50,326 bases of DNA, from positions 1,430-51,755 of the forward strand of contig PLMK01000028.1 of assembly GCA_003142475.1 (NCBI GenBank), written 5' to 3'. This DNA comes from Ignavibacteriota bacterium. GTDB lineage: Bacteria > Bacteroidota > Ignavibacteria > UBA10030. The notes beneath the pieces were generated by a model. The model had not been told where the DNA came from and ran no database searches. It saw only the letters and a list, made by a program, of their open reading frames with translations. Numbering within the stretch: position 1 is the stretch's first letter; every line of letters starts with the position of its first letter. Shown piece after piece: positions 47,985 to 50,326 of this stretch. The position numbers and the translations under genes were made by a program.

Positions 47985-49379
47985 CTATTTTCCAATACAA
48001 AACTTGGAGAAAATATTGTTAAGTATCTCTTCTGTGGTTACAAGGCCAATGATTTCGCCAATTGAATCTATTGCTGTCCTTAGATCAACTGCTATAAATT
48101 CTTCGCTTTCACCTTTTCTTAAAGAGTCTAAAGCAGAAATCAGGCTTTGCTTTGCTTTTAATAATGCAGAATAATGCCTTTCATTGGTTATAATTACCGA
48201 TTCTTTGTTTTCCACTTGTCCTTGCGAAAATATTCTTTGGAATAATGTTTCTTTGAGTTTTTCAATTCCTGCATTGTTCACAGCCGACGTTTCAACCATA
48301 ATGACTCTTTCTGGAAGGCCTTTAGATAGCCACCTTTCAGTTTGAAGGTCAATTTTATTATTCGCAAAAATAATTCCGTTTTGATTTTTATTTTCCTTGT
48401 TTATGGTTTCCAGGAAAACTATTTCTTCGTTTGTTATTGTTTTTGTACTGTCATGCACTAAAACTATAATATCTGATCTTTTTATGACTTTCCATGTCCT
48501 ATGCACACCTTCTTTTTCAACCGGGTCTTCCGTTTCTCGAAGTCCCGCTGTATCAATCAATCTAAACATTACGCCTTCTATCATCATTTTCTCTTCGATA
48601 AAATCTCGCGTTGTTCCAGGAATATCATTTACAATAGCTCGGTTTTCTTTAAGCAATGCATTTAATAAACTTGATTTTCCGGCATTTGGAACTCCAATCA
48701 ACGCAACTCGAACTCCTTCACGCCACACCTTGCCATATTTATAGGTTTTAATGAGTTGATCTATTTCTAATATTGCATGTTCGAAAAAATTCTTTACTTT
48801 TTTCTTATCAATGAGTGCAATATTCTCCTCTGAAAAATCTAATTCTAATTCCAAAAGTCCAAGAGAATTTACTAATTGCTCTCGAACAATGTGAATCTGT
48901 TTTGAAAGAGAGCCCTCTAACTGATCTATTGATGTCCGACGTGCTTTATCGGATTGAGCTTGAATAAGATCGGCAATTGCTTCTGCTTGAGAAAGGTCTA
49001 GTTTTCCATTGAGAAATGCTCTTTGAGTAAATTCACCAGGCTTTGCTGGATGTACCCCAATTTCCAATATGCATTCTAACACTCGGCGCGTCACATGAAT
49101 TCCGCCATGACAACTAACCTCGACAGTATTTTCTCCCGTGAACGATTTTGGCTCGCGAAAGACCGTGCAGACAACTTCATCAATAGTCTCATTTTGGTTG
49201 TTAACGATGCGTCCAAAATGAGCAGTGTGACCTTTCGCTTTTGATAGATTTATTTTTCCTCTAAATCGACTAGCCACTTTATTAATTGCAAATTCACCAC
49301 TAACACGTATTACCGAAATCGCTCCCTCGCCTATTGGCGTAGCAATGGCGGCAATAGTATTTCCTAATTGTCCTATCAC
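47985..49379 (-). CDS. mnmE: tRNA modification GTPase
   Basis: TIAAIATP, SFTGENTVE..CHGG, GVPNAGKSS, GTTRD, DTAG, NKID, FCIGK end. Confidence 0.97.
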   Translation of the reverse strand: MIGQLGNTIAAIATPIGEGAISVIRVSGEFAINKVASRFRGKINLSKAKGHTAHFGRIVNNQNETIDEVVCTVFREPKSFTGENTVEVSCHGGIHVTRRVLECILEIGVHPAKPGEFTQRAFLNGKLDLSQAEAIADLIQAQSDKARRTSIDQLEGSLSKQIHIVREQLVNSLGLLELELDFSEENIALIDKKKVKNFFEHAILEIDQLIKTYKYGKVWREGVRVALIGVPNAGKSSLLNALLKENRAIVNDIPGTTRDFIEEKMMIEGVMFRLIDTAGLRETEDPVEKEGVHRTWKVIKRSDIIVLVHDSTKTITNEEIVFLETINKENKNQNGIIFANNKIDLQTERWLSKGLPERVIMVETSAVNNAGIEKLKETLFQRIFSQGQVENKESVIITNERHYSALLKAKQSLISALDSLRKGESEEFIAVDLRTAIDSIGEIIGLVTTEEILNNIFSKFCIGK

Positions 49380-49400
49380 TTTCTTTTATCTCCGTAACGA

Positions 49401-49429
49401 AATGTACGAAAACCCTTGTCCTTTCACAA
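49401..49429 (-). promoter_or_regulatory. Candidate sigma70-type promoter for mnmE-mnmG-rsmG-murQ
   Basis: TTGTGA-17 nt-TACATT on the minus strand, immediately after the yidC terminator. Confidence 0.45.
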
Positions 49430-49435
49430 CGCCAC

Positions 49436-49467
49436 AAAAACAAAGCGCCTTGTTGTTGACAAGGCGC
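49436..49467 (-). terminator. Intrinsic terminator after yidC
   Basis: Minus strand GCGCCTTGT-CAACA-ACAAGGCGC followed by TTTGTTTTT. Confidence 0.75.
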
Positions 49468-49494
49468 ATCTATAAAAAATTACTTCCGATTAGA

Positions 49495-50326
49495 TCATTT
49501 CTTCAAACGTGGTATGTCTTTCGCAAATTTAAATATTCCACCGCGGGCCTTTTTCTTCGGTTCTACTTTTCGAAGCGGTTCATCGTCGTCTTGCTTGTTG
49601 ATGAGCATTTGTTGTCCAATAGCAAGAACGTTGAATACTGCATAATATAAATTTAGACCGGATGGAAAACCATTGAACAAGAATGTCATCATAATTGGCA
49701 TCATCCATACCATCGTTTTTTGTCGCGGATCTTTAATTGTCATTTTTTGTTGGATGAACATCGTAATACCCATAATCACGGCAATGCCGCTGATATCTTG
49801 AATGCCAATAAGCGGCATTTTGAAAGGCAAGCGATAAATGATATCTGGAATTGAAAGATCTTTAATCCATCCAACAAAACTTGCTTGTCGTAATTCAATT
49901 GCTCCGCGAAAAACTGCATATAATGCGTACATAATTGGCATTTGCAACAATAGCGGTAAACATCCACCGGCCGGATTGACACCGTATTCTTTATACAAAT
50001 TCATTATAGATTGATTCATCTTCTGGGGATCGTCTTTGTATTTTGCTCGTAACTCATCCATTAGTGGCTGAAGCTTTTGCATTTTTTTCATCGACTTCAT
50101 TTGACTCTTAGACAGCGGATGCATGGCCAGTTTAATGAGAATAGAAAAAATAATAATTACCAACCCCCAGTTGGGTACAACATAGTGAATTGCAGTGAAT
50201 ATAGGCAACATAATATATTCGGATATAGGACGAATTAACCATGCCCAGCCTAAACTCATTATGTTTTCAAGTCCCTTATTGTATGACTTCAATACGCTGT
50301 GTTGAAGCGGCCCTAAAAACACTTTT
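49495..50326 (-). CDS. yidC: Membrane protein insertase YidC (5' part outside the window)
   Basis: NWGLVII, MQKLQP, GVNPAGGCLPLLLQMP, WIKDLS.PD, PSGLNLYY. Confidence 0.95.
   Translation of the reverse strand, partial: KVFLGPLQHSVLKSYNKGLENIMSLGWAWLIRPISEYIMLPIFTAIHYVVPNWGLVIIIFSILIKLAMHPLSKSQMKSMKKMQKLQPLMDELRAKYKDDPQKMNQSIMNLYKEYGVNPAGGCLPLLLQMPIMYALYAVFRGAIELRQASFVGWIKDLSIPDIIYRLPFKMPLIGIQDISGIAVIMGITMFIQQKMTIKDPRQKTMVWMMPIMMTFLFNGFPSGLNLYYAVFNVLAIGQQMLINKQDDDEPLRKVEPKKKARGGIFKFAKDIPRLKK

Noticed and set aside
1102-49982. Many 60-230 aa ORFs overlapping known genes (e.g. 40107-40790, 11304-11825, 6652-7164)
   Set aside because: They are antisense or alternate-frame shadows with no recognisable motifs.

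Overview
A densely packed, mostly housekeeping bacterial chromosome segment. It is probably from an Ignavibacteria-like FCB-group organism (inferred from a PorV-family barrel, the miaB-bEBP-lptE-TPR gene order, type-2 IDI, and classical sigma70 promoters with Shine-Dalgarno sites). It is probably close to oriC, given yidC-mnmE-mnmG-rsmG and two parS sites at the right end. In order, it holds: a Crp/Fnr regulator (partial); fni-GGPP synthase-HPr-EI; lpxH-like-PBP1A; ppiD-aroK-aroB; secD-secF-STAS-deoxynucleoside kinase; ccsA/hemX-hemA-C-D-E-H; cyclase-PLP enzyme-phosphatase-Nudix; rpsT; miaB-SPOR-bEBP-lptE-GT2-TPR; pta-membrane acyltransferase; porV-like; an orphan sugar MFS; dnaX; lon; DUF2461; murQ; rsmG; mnmG; mnmE; yidC (partial). 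I found no RNA genes, CRISPR array, prophage, IS element or defence system, and no clearly new multi-gene system. The best leads are subtle: (1) an A10 slippage run in dnaX with immediate stops in both shifted frames; (2) an ACG-initiated gene coupled to pta; (3) a structured ~170-nt leader with a terminator/antiterminator upstream of the porV-like gene, and terminator-like hairpins in the lon and secD leaders; (4) a Cys-rich ferrochelatase tail; (5) an envelope operon carrying a GT2. All protein calls come from recognising motifs by eye, with no database searches.
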